A program made the position numbers and the translations under genes. From the NCBI GenBank assembly GCA_039621445.1, contig CP154954.1, forward strand, positions 44,867,847 to 44,931,846: 64,000 nt of DNA, given 5' to 3'. This DNA is from Euglena gracilis. Its lineage: Eukaryota. Every line of letters begins with the position of its first letter. Positions within the stretch are counted from its first letter, which is position 1. Of the stretch, positions 21,885 to 36,329 are shown piece by piece. The notes under the pieces were generated by a model. The model was not told the origin of the DNA. It was given only the letters and a program-made list of their open reading frames with translations, and searched no databases.

Positions 21885-24800
21885 CGCGCTGCTAAATGTC
21901 CGAACCCAGACACAAATTCCCTCTCCCTTAGTGGACCGTTTGGGGCGACGACAAAACTGAGCTTCGAATGCACTCTGGGAACTCTTCGGATCCAGCAGTC
22001 GAAGTGTCATGGGTCAGAAGAGCATTCACAAGCTGTGTTGTTAATGGCCTCCAGAGCCCGGGGCCAGGCACGTCTTCCCTTTGAAGGCTGAGAAATGGAA
22101 CCGGGCCATCAAACCCCCCCCTCTCCGGCCCTCTCTCCGCGCAGCCTGCTGGAGGTGTGCTCAGCGGGGCCCTGCCCGGCGTCCTGCACCCACACGAAGT
22201 GGAGCACGCGGGTGCCGTTCACCCGCGTCATGCGGTACTGCCCCACCTCCGTGAACGTCGGCCGCCATGGCCCCTCCGCATCTCCAGAAGTCGGATGGGG
22301 GCGTAAACGGCACCCCCCCCCCCCATACACGCCCCCCCCTCGGGCCGACCAACCAACCTCGGACTTGGAACCCCCCCCCCCCCCGGGGAAGAAAATCAAA
22401 AGCCGCCGGGACGATTTCTTCGGCCGCAAACCACCCAATAACTGATTTTTTGGCAATTTTTTTTTGAGACCGACCGTCATCAAAAATGCCATTTTTGACC
22501 AAATTCGCCGAAGAATGCCAATTTGGGTTGTTTCAGGGTCTTTTCGGGGGGTTGCATTTTCACGAATAATTCCTTGAAGGGGGGTCGCTGAGCTCTTACC
22601 TCTTTAGAGTAAGAGCGAAGCTTACCCCCCGGCGACCGTGGGTCCGACCCCCCCCCTGCCCCCCCCCCCTTGGGTAGGTCCGGACACCCGAGGATTATCG
22701 ATGTGATTGGATTTCCTGGCCCCCAAAGTGAGGAACCACAAATTTTTTCTTGGTGTCCACATGTGAACCACAAAAAAATTTTGGTGTCCACAGGTGAACC
22801 ACAAAATTTTTTTGGTGTCCACAAAATTTTGTTGCCCACAAAACTTGATTGAGGATCGAAATAAAAATGAGTTTTACAACTAAAAGCTATTACGTCTTTT
22901 GTGAACCACACTAAATGAATGTCTGGCGCATACCGATCGATACCCGCCCCCCCCCCCCTGGGCAATTGTCGCGTGACAAATTGGGTAGCACGGAGGGGGG
23001 TGACAATTTCCCGGGGTGACAATTTGGCCGGCACAGAGGGGGGTGACAATTGCCCGGGGGCGTCAATTGCCCACCCATGTAAGCCACATTTGAACCAAAT
23101 GATCAAGAACACCATCTGAAACACAAACGAACATATGGTCGTGATATTGTGCAGAGCGTTTGGTATGCGAAAGTTCTCAGCGCGTTGTAACGAAATAAAA
23201 GATCAATCGAGTCATGCGGCGAAAAGAAAGTTCACAATGCAATACTACAAACGGGGGGTGACAAATTGGGCAGCACGGAAGGGGGTGACAATTTCCTGGG
23301 GTGACAAATTGGCCGGCACAGCCAGGGGTGACATTTGCCCGGGGGCGTCAATTGCCCGGGGGCGTCAATTGCCCGGGGGCGTCAATTGCCCGGGGGGGCG
23401 CGGGTAGGGCGTCCCAAAGTTGTGGAATGGGGTCCTCTTTGCTTTTCCTCAACTCCGTAGCGTTTTCGAGATATTTTGAATTTTCGATTCCTTGACCCCA
23501 AAATGACCCTGCAATTTCCCCGGGAAAAAAACGGTAGACAACGTTTTTGCTCGGGGCATATCTCCGGACTGGCGGGGAGTTGCGGGTAACCTAAGGGCTC
23601 TGGAGAAACTAGAGATCGTCCCCTAACCTATACGGATTGAGCTTGAGACACCAAAATGCAGCCACATTGTGGGGGGTGGGGAGACCCTCCTCCCACCTCC
23701 AGTTTTTGGTTGCCGAAACTTCTCGCTGTTGAGTTCAGAATTTCTCATTGAGCCTCAAGAGGGTCCTAAAATACACACCCGGCGCGAAGAGCAGGTGCGG
23801 ATGCGGGTGCGGGGGTGTTTTTTTTCCCCTGCAGAGGAGGAGCGGTCCACTTTGGTAACAGACGCCCAAAAGACGTCATTTTCTGCCGAAATCGGCCACG
23901 TCGACGCTCCAAAAGTGAGAGCTCTGCCTCGCCTTGAGGTCGGCGATCCTTTGCCTGATTGTTGCGAAGGGGGACGGGCGGAGAGGCGTAATTTTGCCCG
24001 CAGCGGGAGTGCGTAAAACGCAGCAGTTACCGCCTGGGAGGCGCAAAATACCATGTGGGGGACTGGTTTTTTGAATAGTGTTGAGCTCTTAATTGGACTT
24101 GCACGTAATGGACGGCCGAAAAGACTAGTTGCAAATTTCGCATAAATTATGGTTTACAAATTGCACACCTGCAATTTAGAGTTACTTACAATAATTTTTG
24201 AAAGGTTAAGAGGTCAGCGACCACCCCCATACACCCCATACCCGTTTTCTTCGATTTTCCGACTTCTTTGACCCGGAAATGATCCCCAAATCCATGGGTT
24301 CCAGGCCAAAAACGGGGGGCCGGGGTCGAAAAAAATCGAAGGAATTTTTTTCCTTGCCCGAAACGATGTTTTTTTGGCTCCCAGACCCAGAAAAACTGCA
24401 TTTGAGCCGAAAATGAGCGTTTGCCAACTTTTTTAAAACCAAAAAGGGCTGAAAACGGCTGAGTCAAAACACCCCAAAATGTACAAAATGGCCAAAATTG
24501 GTCGAAAAAAACAGTCCTAACTCGGGCTTGGCGGGGAGTTGCGGGGAAATCAAAATATCCTTAGATAAGGCATTTTAAGGGCTTCAATTTAGGTCTCCAG
24601 ACATTTCCTTTGACTCCCAACCATTTTTGAGAAATTTTGATTTGGAAAAATCGATTTTTTTGAGCAAAAAAGGATGGCCCAAAAAAACACCCAAAGTGGC
24701 CGTTTTGGGCCACAAAGGTGCGTTGGAAGACGGGCCAGGCGCTTCGGCGGCCAAAACGGCGAACGGGGGTCGATAGAGGGCCTCCAGGGGTGCATTTTGT

Positions 24801-27800
24801 CAGTGAGACACTTCTGGAGATAATGTGCGTTTCCTCGAGATATTTTCGAAAAATCGATTTTTTGACCGATTTTTTGACCCTGGCAAAAGGGCAGAGTCGG
24901 GGGCCAATCCTTTCCAGTTTGGACCCCTTCGTGGCTGAATAACTCGGGCCTGGCGGGGAGTTGGGGGTCAAACAAACGGACGTGATTTGGAAACTAGAAA
25001 TCCAGTCGCTGGTGGATGAAAAAAAAATTCTGGGAACGGAGCCGGGATCATGGCGATAATCCGTGGTTTTCTGCATTGCTTCAATGTTGTTGAGGAGAAA
25101 GGTAATGATGCAAATGTCAGCAGGCGGTGGGAAAACTTTTTGGTGTCCACGTGTGAACCACAAATATTTTTTTGGTGTCCGCAGGTGAACCAAAATTTTT
25201 TTTCTGGTGTCCACAGGTGAACCACAAAAATTTTTTTGGTGTCCATACGTGAACCACAAAAAAAAATTTGGTGTCCACAGTGAACCACAAAATGACAACC
25301 TTGGTGTACCACACTAAATGAATGTCTGGTATGCGTGGTTTGGGCCAACTCCTCGCCCAGGCCGAGATACGGCCGTTTTGCTGTTTTGGGCCAGTTTTGC
25401 CAGTTTTGGCCATTTCGGGCCTGTTCGGGGCCCGAAACCGTAAATTGACCGTATCTCGGGCTAGACGAGGAGTTGGGACCCAAACCAGGGGGTCAATCAT
25501 GAGGTTTAGGGGGGGGGGGTTGACCGTTTTTTGAGTGTTTTTTCCCGGGGCCTGGTTGTGCAATTTTGAGCCAGTTTTCGGCATTCGGGGACCCCCTGCG
25601 GGGGTCCGAGGGCGGCTGGGCGAGGGGAGTCGGGAGGCATGTCGGGACCCAAATTTTGAAATTTTTTTTGCTCAAAAACACTTTTTTCTCACTTTGGAAC
25701 ATCAAAAAAAGCGTTTTTGAGCGAAGTATATTTTTTTTCTGATGCGGACCCCCCCATGCCCCCCCTTGGCTGGGGTCCGCCCCCCTGGCCGGTGTACTTA
25801 GCCTTTTTGGGTCAAAAAAGTCTATAAATTTCTAATATTTTTTGTGCCCAAAACTATATGTTTTTGACCCCCCGGACTCGAAAAAAGTGTTTTTGGGCCG
25901 AAAATGAGCGTTTTTTTTTACCCCTGTCCCCGACCTGGACTTGGCAGCCGGCCGAGCCGCCGGCCGGGCCGGGCCGGGGTGGTCTCCCAAAGAGCTCAGC
26001 TCTACGTCACACCCTGGTTGCTATAAACCCCCCCCTTTGACCGACCAACCAAACCGGATCCTGTAAACCCTAGGGGGTTATAAGTGGGGGGTTTAGGGCT
26101 GCGCATGAACCGCCTCCCAACCCTCCGCCCTCCCAGGGAGGGCGGCGCCATGCCCAGGGTCGTGCCATCAGGTTGGGTCTCCGGCCACAGCCACGGCGCC
26201 ACCCACGCCGCCTGCGTGTCCGCCATGTTGAAATACGCCTCCGAGCGGTCCGGGTATGGGGTCCACGACTCGAACGTGGCTGCCAGCAGGGCGGGGTGGG
26301 CCCCACAATGGGACAGGCAGCCACACGAGAGTCCTGCCCGCCCTGGCCCCGAGGTTCCAGTCGGCATCCACGCGGTCGCGGTACATCACGCTGCTGTTGG
26401 TGAAGTGCTCCCAGAACAGGTCCCGGCGGCCCGGGAGGTCCATGCGGCTGGCACAGAAGCTCCATTGGTTGCCGCCAGGGGGGCCCGTGGCCAACCTCAG
26501 GACCAGGGTGAGGAGGCCCCAAGAGGGGGAACCCCCGAATATAAAAAAAATTCCCGAGAAGTGAATTCGGAACCGAACTCAAATAATAAACCTCCCCATC
26601 TGCACAGTGGTGAAAGTAAGGGACACAAGCGGGGGGGGGGGGGGGAAAAAAAAAAAAAAGCGGGGCAAAACAGAACCATTGGTGGATTGGTTGGAAAAAA
26701 CATCAAATAAGCATTCACTGTTCAAAAAAGCCCAAACACGTAAAAAGAAAATGGGCTTGGGGGCTGGGTGAGGTCCTTTTTTGGGCAATGTTTGCGTTAA
26801 ACAATTCCCCCCCCCCCCCCGGCTCCGACGTCAGGCATCCAAATAATAAACCTGGATTGCAAAACTTGAGGGGTCAGGATGTGTTGATGGCAGCAATTTA
26901 ATCCAACAGGATTCCATGCCACTTTGCTGAATCCCCCACCTTTGAGCGCCACAGTCTTGCTCACCCAAAGGGCGACTTTGCACAAAAGTGTATCGAACCA
27001 AAATTCATCTTCGACGATTCGTCCCTGTTGATAAATGGAAAAAATGGAGTTACAGCTGGAGAAATACTCATTTGCATTCATTTAGGCGAGGGGTGGGTAG
27101 CCTTGGAACCACCTTTGAACAACACATGATGTAAATCTGTCAAGGCTGAGAGTGCAGTGACTCTGCCACGGCTGAAAATGACCAAAAATGGCCTGAAACT
27201 CTCTCCGTCTGCGTTGACATAGATTCCCTGCATAAAATCACTGACCCTGACTGCTCCCTGATCCCCTTCATGCGGGGTCCTGAATGAGCAGGATCGGAGT
27301 TTGCAAAACAAAATTTGTATGATGCAGGAGATTCTGAACCCTCCTGCCCTGTCATACCAGTGGCCAGGGGCAGGGGAGGGTATTAATATGAAGCTGCCCC
27401 CAAAAGAATTGTCCAGAACTTTTTCCCCTCTGGATTTGGATTCCTCCATCCGTTCATTCAAGCGGAGGGGCAGTCCCCAAGGAAGGGAGCACCAGCTGTC
27501 CCAAGGGCCCCCTGGGCGCCCGGGGCATACTCCTCCGGGTACGTGGTGCAGATGCCGCCGGCCCGCTTCGCCACCCCCTCCATCCAGGGCAGCATGACCC
27601 GCTTCGGGGGCTGGCCCGGCCCTCCCTTGGCAGCCCAGCCATCCCATGTCCCCGTTCGCCGGCGCAACGCAGTAAACCGGGACCGGCCCCGCCCCGGCAC
27701 TTCCTCGAGCATTCGCGCCACCGTTTGCAGGAAGTCGAACGGAGAAGGCACCGGAGCCGACGGTTGGAATGGAAACGGAACGAGCGGGAGGCCCGGCCCG

Positions 27801-30800
27801 GCCAGGCGCGGCTCGAGCAGGCGCCCCACCAGCGGGCCCTTCGCATGTCGCAGCCACCGGTCCCCGGCGGGAGGGCGGCCCCCACCAACCCCGCCCCGTC
27901 CTCCGGCGCGCTGCACCGAGAATGGTTCGTCGGGTCACTGCCCCCCCTCTGGCAGAGGCGGGGCTGACAGATTCTTGGGCATGACACGCATGGCAGACAT
28001 CAAACAGGAATTTATCAGGTACAGAGAGGAATGGGTGGAGAAGCATCTTTTTCATAGGGATCGTCGCAAGGAAGGGCTGTGGATGCATTTCAGCTTCGAG
28101 ACTGAACTCAGGCACTCGGGCGGCCCCATGCCCCGTGGAATGTGCCGGCACCTTCTCATGGACCTGCACGACTGCTTTGGCCCTCAGCCGTCAGCCTTCC
28201 TGGAGCGGAGCCGGCCCCCCGGGCCATGAAGGTGATCCAGTAGTCCGCCTCGTCCAGCGCGGCCTGGAGGTTGGCGTACAGCACGTGGAACTGCTGCGCC
28301 GACACCTCCGCCAGCAGGTCGTACCCCAGCGCCTGCGTCTTGAAGGCGCTCACCGCTGCCTGCCGGACCCCTGCCGCCCCGGCTCACCCCAGGCTGGCCG
28401 GGCCGCCGATGCCCCCGGCCAACCGGACGCAAGCTGGATCGGCTGCCTCCGAACAGCGCCCCGGCCTGAGTTCCGCCTAACTGCCGATGGCTTTGCCCCA
28501 TCCACCAAGGGGGGAGAATCAAGGCACCGCATTGGGTAGAGTGTTCTCATGGGCTTTGTCTGTCCTGCTGGGTTTTTTCCTCTCTATCCCCTTCACTTCC
28601 CTTTGGTATGGGAACTCTTTCAAGGTCGTGGGGGCGGAGCGCCGACATCTTCCATCATTTTAAATGAAGAAAATAGAGAATTGTCAAAAAATCTGACCAC
28701 AAAAAAAGGGAGGATATTCAGCAGCTGTTTGCTCTCGGTGTTTTAAGACAAAAATTGTGTTATGGGTGTTACTTTGATTGACTTTATTATTACTTTTCTC
28801 ACGCCAACGCGCCAAAACAACACGTCAAAGGAAGCTGTCCCTGTGTGGCAGTGCACCTGCTCAGGTGCATTGTCCGGCTGGCTGGCTGTGCCCGACATTC
28901 GGCTTGAACACTGCTGATTTGCCACCACCATCTGATACTGCCTTGATTTCATTGAGGGTTGAAGACACTCCTTATGAATGCAAGAGGTTGTTGCTAATCA
29001 CATAGTGCATGGACTTCTCCCCTGGAGCAAAAAAAAAAACGTCCAGGATTTGAGGTTCTGGGGGCGTCCAAATGTTTTGAACTCAACGCCCACAAGACAC
29101 GACCTTGTGTGTGTGCAGGGAAAAAAAGTTGGGGGAAACAGTTGGGGAGGGAGGGTCAGGCCGACCCACTACCCACCCCAATCTAACCGTTTAAAACAAC
29201 AATGTTTCCAGCTGAGAAACCGCTTCCTGTGTCGAAATTTTAAAAGCATCCATAAATACAATCGTTTGAAAGCGCCAAAGCGGGGGATGGAGAAGGGCCC
29301 GGGCCATCACGGGGGTGGTGCTGACCACGGTGCCGGCAAGGCCGCCCGCCAGTCACCCAGACACCTCACCTGTGCAGCACCCCGTCACGTGTACAGCTGC
29401 TGCCCAGGGTTGACCGGAGTTCGAGAGAAGGACGAGGGAACTGGTGGAGGTCGGTTTCCTGTGGTTAGGGCGCCTGCCACTCCCCTCCGCATGCGTTTTC
29501 CGCCAAAAGAAGCCCAAAAGAAGCATCCGCGCCTTGGGCGATGGAGATGGCCAGGAGGCACGTCAGCAGCAACACCGGCATCGGTGGCAACCTGCGTGGG
29601 GGCTCTGGGGGACTGGGTAAACTGGAAGCTGGTGCGGGGACAGGGATGGGGAGAGCAGAAATGTCCTCCCTCAGGTTCTGAACCCCAATGACTGATTTTT
29701 GACAGGCAGAAACAAAGGCCAAAAATCCCTGCCGTCTGCTGATGTTGTGCTTCTTGGCATGATTTTGTCAAAATGATGTTAAAAAAAGAACTCTCCGTTT
29801 CACGGAGCTGGAGGGGAGTGCAACAACATTGGGCGGTGGACCCGACCGCAGCTTGCGCATGAACCTCTTCGAGGTGTGGGGGACGGCGGCGGCGCCAGCC
29901 AGGCCCGTGTCGCTGGGCAGGGCCTTCGCCATCTCCACCGTGGAGAAGGACGGGTTGCAGGACCCCGCCGGGGAGTGGCTGCTCCGCGGCATACGGGCTG
30001 GAGAACCTGCCACTGCAACGGGAAGTGGGGCGAAGGGGCAAGGGGGTTGACAGAAAACCCAGATGGCCCAATCCTGACACTGCCGAAAGCCGGAAAAAAT
30101 ATTTTCTAATTTAATAATAATGAATAATAATAGTTGGGATTTGTCAGCCCCCATGTCCTCAAACTTGAAGAAAAAAAAAACAAAAAATGCAAGCATGCAA
30201 AGCCCCACAATAATACAGGACATGGTTGGAGGAGTCAAATCCTGCCAGGACTCATCAGCTGGGTGATCGCCGCTCCTGGGCTCGCAGTCAGGCCGTGCCT
30301 GCTTTACCTGTACTGGCATGACGGTTGTTTGCATTTCCTTGGGGAGAAGGGCAGTGGTTGATCAGCAGCCCCCTGCCTTTGGTCTTGCTTCCTCCAAGGG
30401 GTCACTCCATGCGGAGGCTGCTGGAGCACACTTCAGGTTATGTTCGGTCAAAAAATTCAGTGTTAAGAAAGGGGACAAAAGTTAAAACCCGTATTTCCCA
30501 AAAACTTAGCCATATTTAGCCATATACATTAAAAAGTAGCTATATTTTGGCTTTTGTGCCGAAAATTTCTGGCTTAAGGCCCCCTGGCACAGGACTCCCC
30601 GTGCCAGGGAGGCGTCCAAAATAAAAAGAAACTTAGTGGCAGTACTGTGGGTACTGCATGCGTTGACCTCCTGTTTTCCCCCTTGTCGAATTCAATGGCC
30701 GCAATACCAGAAATCGCCAACTTTACTTACTTTGAATATAATTGGCTGGAAAGATTTAACAGCCCGCAGTGCCAGCGAGCTTGGGATCCTGTGAGATGCA

Positions 30801-31929
30801 GGGGAGGGGGGAGGACAGCCGAAGAACTTCCAAAAGTGGCAATGTGGAAATAAACCAAAAAAAGAGATTAATTCCGAAAAAATTCTGTCTTCCTGGAGAT
30901 CGTGCAATTGTATTGAAACCCAAAACCATATGCTCTGGAATGGCTGCTTCAAAAAATTTCTTCTGACGTTGCTGGGGTGACAGAGTCAGATCTTCGCAGA
31001 ATGCTCCAGCCCACAACCTGAGCCCGCCCCGAGTGCTTAGCGGCTTCAAACAGCTGCTAAACCGCTTCTAATAAGGCCAGCCGCAAGTTTACAGGGGAAC
31101 CCCGGAACACAAACGGCGAAGACGAAAGGGGGCAGGGGGGGAGGAACGAGCAGGTCCCACAGGGGAAGCCCCTGCAACGGATGGCAGCGAAGATAAGGGA
31201 GGGGAGGGTGGGGGGCCGGGGTCCCCGACAGCGGACGGGGTTTGGAAGACGGCCGAAAGGGGGGAAGGGAGGTCCGCCAGCGGGGACTGAGAAAGGGGGG
31301 AACGGAGGGACCCAGGGAAGACGGGCGGGATCAGGGGGGGGGGACACCAGGAGAGTGCCCGGGGGCCCTCTCTGGGGCAGGGGCACCGGGGGGCACGGGC
31401 AAAAGTTGACACTTTTCGACCGTTGGTCGGCACAAACCATCCGACACCGGGACAATTTCACGCCATTGTAATCATGCCTGAAACAATATTCATTTTTTCC
31501 TTCAACTTGAGAAATGTGCCTTTTCCAACAAAACATGTTAAAATCCTCAAAAAAAATTGCCTAGACAGGTGAAGAGAAAAGTACCAACAAGGAGCAAGCA
31601 CAGAGGGTGGAGAAGGACATCGGGCGGGGGGGGGGGTAGGTGTCCCATATTCCTTTTAGAATCTTTCATAAAATCGCCATAAACAGATGAGATCCAAGAA
31701 AAAAAACAAAATAATGTCAGAAATGTGCCTGATCCAACCCTGTAAGGCCAGACAGCCGTGGGATGTCACATAGAACATGGAAAAGAAAGTGGGTGGTCGG
31801 ACTGTTGGCAGTTTTGTCAAGGGTAATCCCTGGACTATCAACACGATTCAAAACCAATTCATCCTCCCCGCTGATAAATTCAAAAATCAAAATCAACCTG
31901 CACTGCACACACACGGAAACACAGATACA

Positions 31930-31979
<50 letters not shown>

Positions 31980-32771
31980 GATGGGATGTATGTATGCATA
32001 CACACATGTGAAAATATGTGCACATATGTAAATACATACATGCATGATGCACATAATTACGCACACCTGCAACCGACCCTCCGACCTACTGACCTACAGA
32101 CATGTCTCCATACATACATGCATGCATACATACATACATACATACATACATACATACATACATACATACATACATACATACATACATGCATGCATACATG
32201 CATGCATACATACATACATACATACATACCTCCCCCCCCCCCTTGTCCAACGACCACTAATGTTCGTCTCTGACCGGGGGGGCTGTCGCTAAAATGGCCA
32301 ATGTTCGTCTCCGACCAGGGGGGGGTGGTCGTTAGACAAGCGGGGTGGACCACAAGTCGGAGGAAAATTTGCCATAGATGGGGGTATATGGCCATTTTTG
32401 GGCTGTTTTTGGCCATTTATGCTATTTCTTGACTACGGTTGGCCACTTTTGGCCATTTTGGAAATTTTTTGAGCGCTTTTGGGAATTTTTAGGCATTTTT
32501 GACCACTTTTTGCCATGTTTGGTCGCTTTTGGCCACTTTTGGCAACTGTTGGCCACACTTTGGCCCCCTTTGACCGTTTTTGGCCACTTTAGGCTGTTTT
32601 TGGTTACTTTTGGCCATTTTTGCCTTATTTTTGCTATTTTTGGCAACTTTTTGGGCACCTTTGGCCATCCCTTAGCCATTTTAAGCCATTTTGGGTTATT
32701 TTTGACTGTTTTTAGCCAACTTTTACCAATTTTGGCCGAACCAACATCGTATACAAAAAGATCATCTCTGA
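19645..32771 (+). repeat. Tandem segmental duplication, copy 2 (~13.1 kb)
   Basis: As for copy 1; scattered SNPs and small indels. Confidence 0.95.
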
Positions 32772-32821
32772 CCGGGGGGGTGGTCGTTAGACAAGCCCGG
32801 TCGTTGGACAAGGGGGGGGAA
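32229..32821. mobile_element. MITE inserted in an (ACAT)n tract; truncated copy at ~19099-19644; relatives at ~35590-35650, ~48917-49535 and ~56355-56420
   Basis: TIR (C)nTTGTCCAACGACC/GGTCGTTGGACAA(G)n; internal degenerate TTTTGGCCA repeats. Confidence 0.75.
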
Positions 32822-33495
32822 CAGACAGACATACAGACATACATACAGACAGACATACATACATACATACATACATACATACATACATACATACAGACAG
32901 ACATACAGACAGACAGACATACATACATACATACAGACAGACATACAGACATACATACCTACATACATACATACAGACATACATACAGACATACAGACAG
33001 ACACATACAGACATACAGACAGACGTACATCCATACATAGATACATACAGACGTACATACAGACATACATACATACATACATACATACATACATACATAC
33101 ATACATACATACATACATACATACATACATACATACATACATACATACATACATACATACATACATACATACATACATACATACATACATACATACATAC
33201 ACACAACCATACACACAACCATACATACATACATACATACATACATACATACATACATACATGCATACATACATGCATGCATACATGCATACATGTACAT
33301 GTACATGTTCATGCATGCATGCATGCATGCATGCATACAGACAGACAGACATCCCTGCCTTAATAACACACGTATACACATACATACACACATGCATACA
33401 TGCATACATAGAAACATACATGCATGAATGCATGGATGCATGCATCCATCCATCCATCCATCTGTCTGTCTGTCTGTCCGTCCGTCCGTCTGTCC
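32822..33495. repeat. Compound tetranucleotide tract (ACAG/ACAT/GCAT/CCAT/CTGT/CCGT)
   Basis: Direct reading. Confidence 0.95.
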
Positions 33496-33509
33496 GATAC
33501 AGATTTAAT

Positions 33510-35103
33510 TTTTTTTTGCAGCATTAAATCTGCACATTCCCCGCAAATTCTGAAATGGGCGACCCAAAAGGGCCCTCTCCTGACATCCATCATCGATGTT
33601 GTGGAGAAAGTGAGTGGAAAATCCCAAAATTTATTTCAAATTCAGATTGAAATATTTCAAAAAAAACAAACCGATTCCTGCGTTTGGGTTGGTTGTAGGT
33701 TGTAAATGCCTCCTCATTTTGGGGTGTTCATGAACAGGGAACTGTGGATTGGCACAAGCAGTTAAATTGCACAAATAATTATGCAAACAATTTATCGGCT
33801 GGACGTCCTTCGCTAAAAGCCGTTTGAAACACTTTCTTGCAAAGTGATCAAAAAACTATATGTGCTTCTTGATCACACACTAGCAAAAGTATTTGTGGTG
33901 AGGACGGACAATGATGCACAAAAGAAAAAATTTACCGCATATGCCGCAGAGCAAAAATGCACGGAGACCTTGTGGGACGGACAGCAGAATGACACATTCA
34001 GCAAACAGCCAGCAGGGCACTCGTGGACACGTTTTCGTAGTTGATCAATTGGGAGGGAGCATGAACGAATGCAAAAGTCGCTTAGAGAAAACGATGCGAA
34101 GAGACAGCCACATGGGTGGCAAAAGGGCAACTGTTGTAGCACCTCTTTGTGCTACTTCGCCTATCTCCATTTGGACTATCTCCGTTTGTCATCCCAAAAT
34201 GGCTCCAAGATTCTTTGCCACGGCACCATATGCTCTTTTCAGGTTGATGGCCGGAAATTTGAAAGCCTTTCTGTTCTTGAACACAATTCTTTTTAAAGTA
34301 AAACAAAAATACGAGTCTTTGCATGTTCGTTGTTCGGCCGTTCAAATTTGTGCAGGCATTCGTTGGACATGGATGCGTTACGTTTGGTCCAATGCAAAAT
34401 ACCTAACCGATGCCAGCAGTCGTTCAGCCTGACACAAAAATGAAAACAGGAGATGGGCTGCTTCTGAGGAGAGAATCACCCTTGGGGCAAAGCATATCCT
34501 TTTGCCTTTCCCCATTTAACCAGCGGTTTCCGATGGCGCATATGCCAGAACGAATGACTGTCTGTCAGGGGTGTGACGACACCGCTGACAAAAACACAAC
34601 TCTGATAGCAACCACCCATTGGATATCGAAACCTTCTGAAACATTTTCTTGCAACGAAGCATCAGAAACCTTCTTGATTTGCGCAGAGAACTCGGCATCC
34701 ACCGCAGGCAGAAACAACTTGCCGGTGGGGAAAAAAACTTGGCTTTTTGAGGTATTTTTTAAGGTTTTTTTTTGGTTCTTAAGGCGTGTCAAGGTTTTTT
34801 GGCATTATTATTTTCCAAGGGCGGTTCAAGCATCGAACGGGGTCTAAAATATAAAAAGTCGAACCCCGTTTTTTTTTCTTTCACAATGCTCCAGCGGTGG
34901 CATCATTTCTCTTGGAGTTGTCTTGTTTTTGCCGAGATTTTGCGGTTTTGTTTTGTTTTGATTTGACAAAATTTTGAAACGTGTTTTTTTTTTGAGGTTC
35001 TTTAAGCTGTTTTTTAAAGGGTTTTCAGGCATTTTGTTCAAAAATCAAGGCGCTTTAAACTTTTTAAAGGCTTTTTAAGGCGCCTCTAAAGAAATAATGC
35101 CTG
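33510..35103 (-). pseudogene. Candidate degenerate hAT transposase relic with one CAGG terminus
   Basis: Fragments in hAT-like order: KLFLPAVDAEFSAQIKKV...VSEGFD; VRYFALD/NASMS; frameshifted GC(L)SHRF(S)L resembling CxxH; many stops; CCTG end at 35100-35103. Confidence 0.35.
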
Positions 35104-36329
35104 TTGTCCACTGGCATGATCGAGACCGTCACATCCTGACTTGACTTTTGTTGACGTTTCCCAACCTTTCGCCGATTTCTCCTCAAGCGAGAAATCCTTG
35201 GATGACTTGATCCCCAGGTTGCCTCACCATGCCCCATCTGCTTGGCAGTCCCTTGGGCGCAATTTTTTTTTTGAAGGGAGGGGGGCAGCTTTGCAAGTAT
35301 GAGGCGTCCAGTTGATACAGAGGGCAAGATCAGAGAGCGACTGCTACATAGTGGGGGCTTCTCTTGGCAGGGTTGCCCCCGCTCTTTGGGTGTAATACCA
35401 AAGCCTTCTGGCGATGTGTATTCACAACCATAAGTCTCTGTAAGGACAAGGGGGGAGGGCTTGGCTGACAAAATTTTGCCCCCCAAAAAGTGCCAAAAAA
35501 TGGCATTTTGGCCAAGTTTTGGCGGAATTTGGGCCATTTGAGATTTGGGCCATGTTGCAAAAAATTGACCAAAGCTCCGAAGAGGTGTCTTCTGACTGGC
35601 AGGGGGTGGTCGTTGGATATAGGGGGGCGTTGGACATAGGGCGGGGGTACACAAAGATAAAAACGATGCGATGGTTTCTGCCTTCTCCCACCCAAAAGCA
35701 CATCACTTCTGCGCCAAGCACGAGGTCAACAGGAGATCAGCGATGGCATTTTGAACCCTTGAAATACACATTTTTGAGTATCTAAAATATCTAAAGGGCC
35801 AATTCTACGGATGCTTCCAGGGACTGGCTTGTGTTGAAAACGACACCCACCTCTGTCGAAATTACGGACTTTCCTCAAATTTTGAAATCTTAAAAAAATA
35901 TGCCGCATTCATATTTTAAAGGCCAATCCCATGCATATTTCCAAGGACGAGCCCAAATGCAATCCAGATCAATAGTTTTCCTTCCTGAATTTTTACAGAT
36001 ACATCTCCTGTCAGCACCTCTCAGTCCTCAGTCGTTGGAGGACAACTGAGAGAGAGCACGTTTTGCATTCTCTGACCGGGGGTCATCATTGGGCATTACC
36101 CGTCACCCAACTTCGGAATCCAGGGAGGTTAATAAAAGGTGCTTTGGCTGGAACAGGGGGTCAGCAGGTGGGGGGTTGGTGTACTATCAAGGAATCACTT
36201 GGACAAAAATACATTTTCGATTTAAAAAAAATCAGTTTTCCAGGTGGGTTGGTGTAATATCAAAGAAACATTTGGACAAAGACCATTGATTCCATGAACC
36301 CGGAGTTTATTTTCCTTCACCGGATGGCT

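Noticed and set aside
32378-33593. Long ORFs rich in HTYI, MYVC or KWPK
   Set aside because: Translations of microsatellites and degenerate MITE-internal repeats
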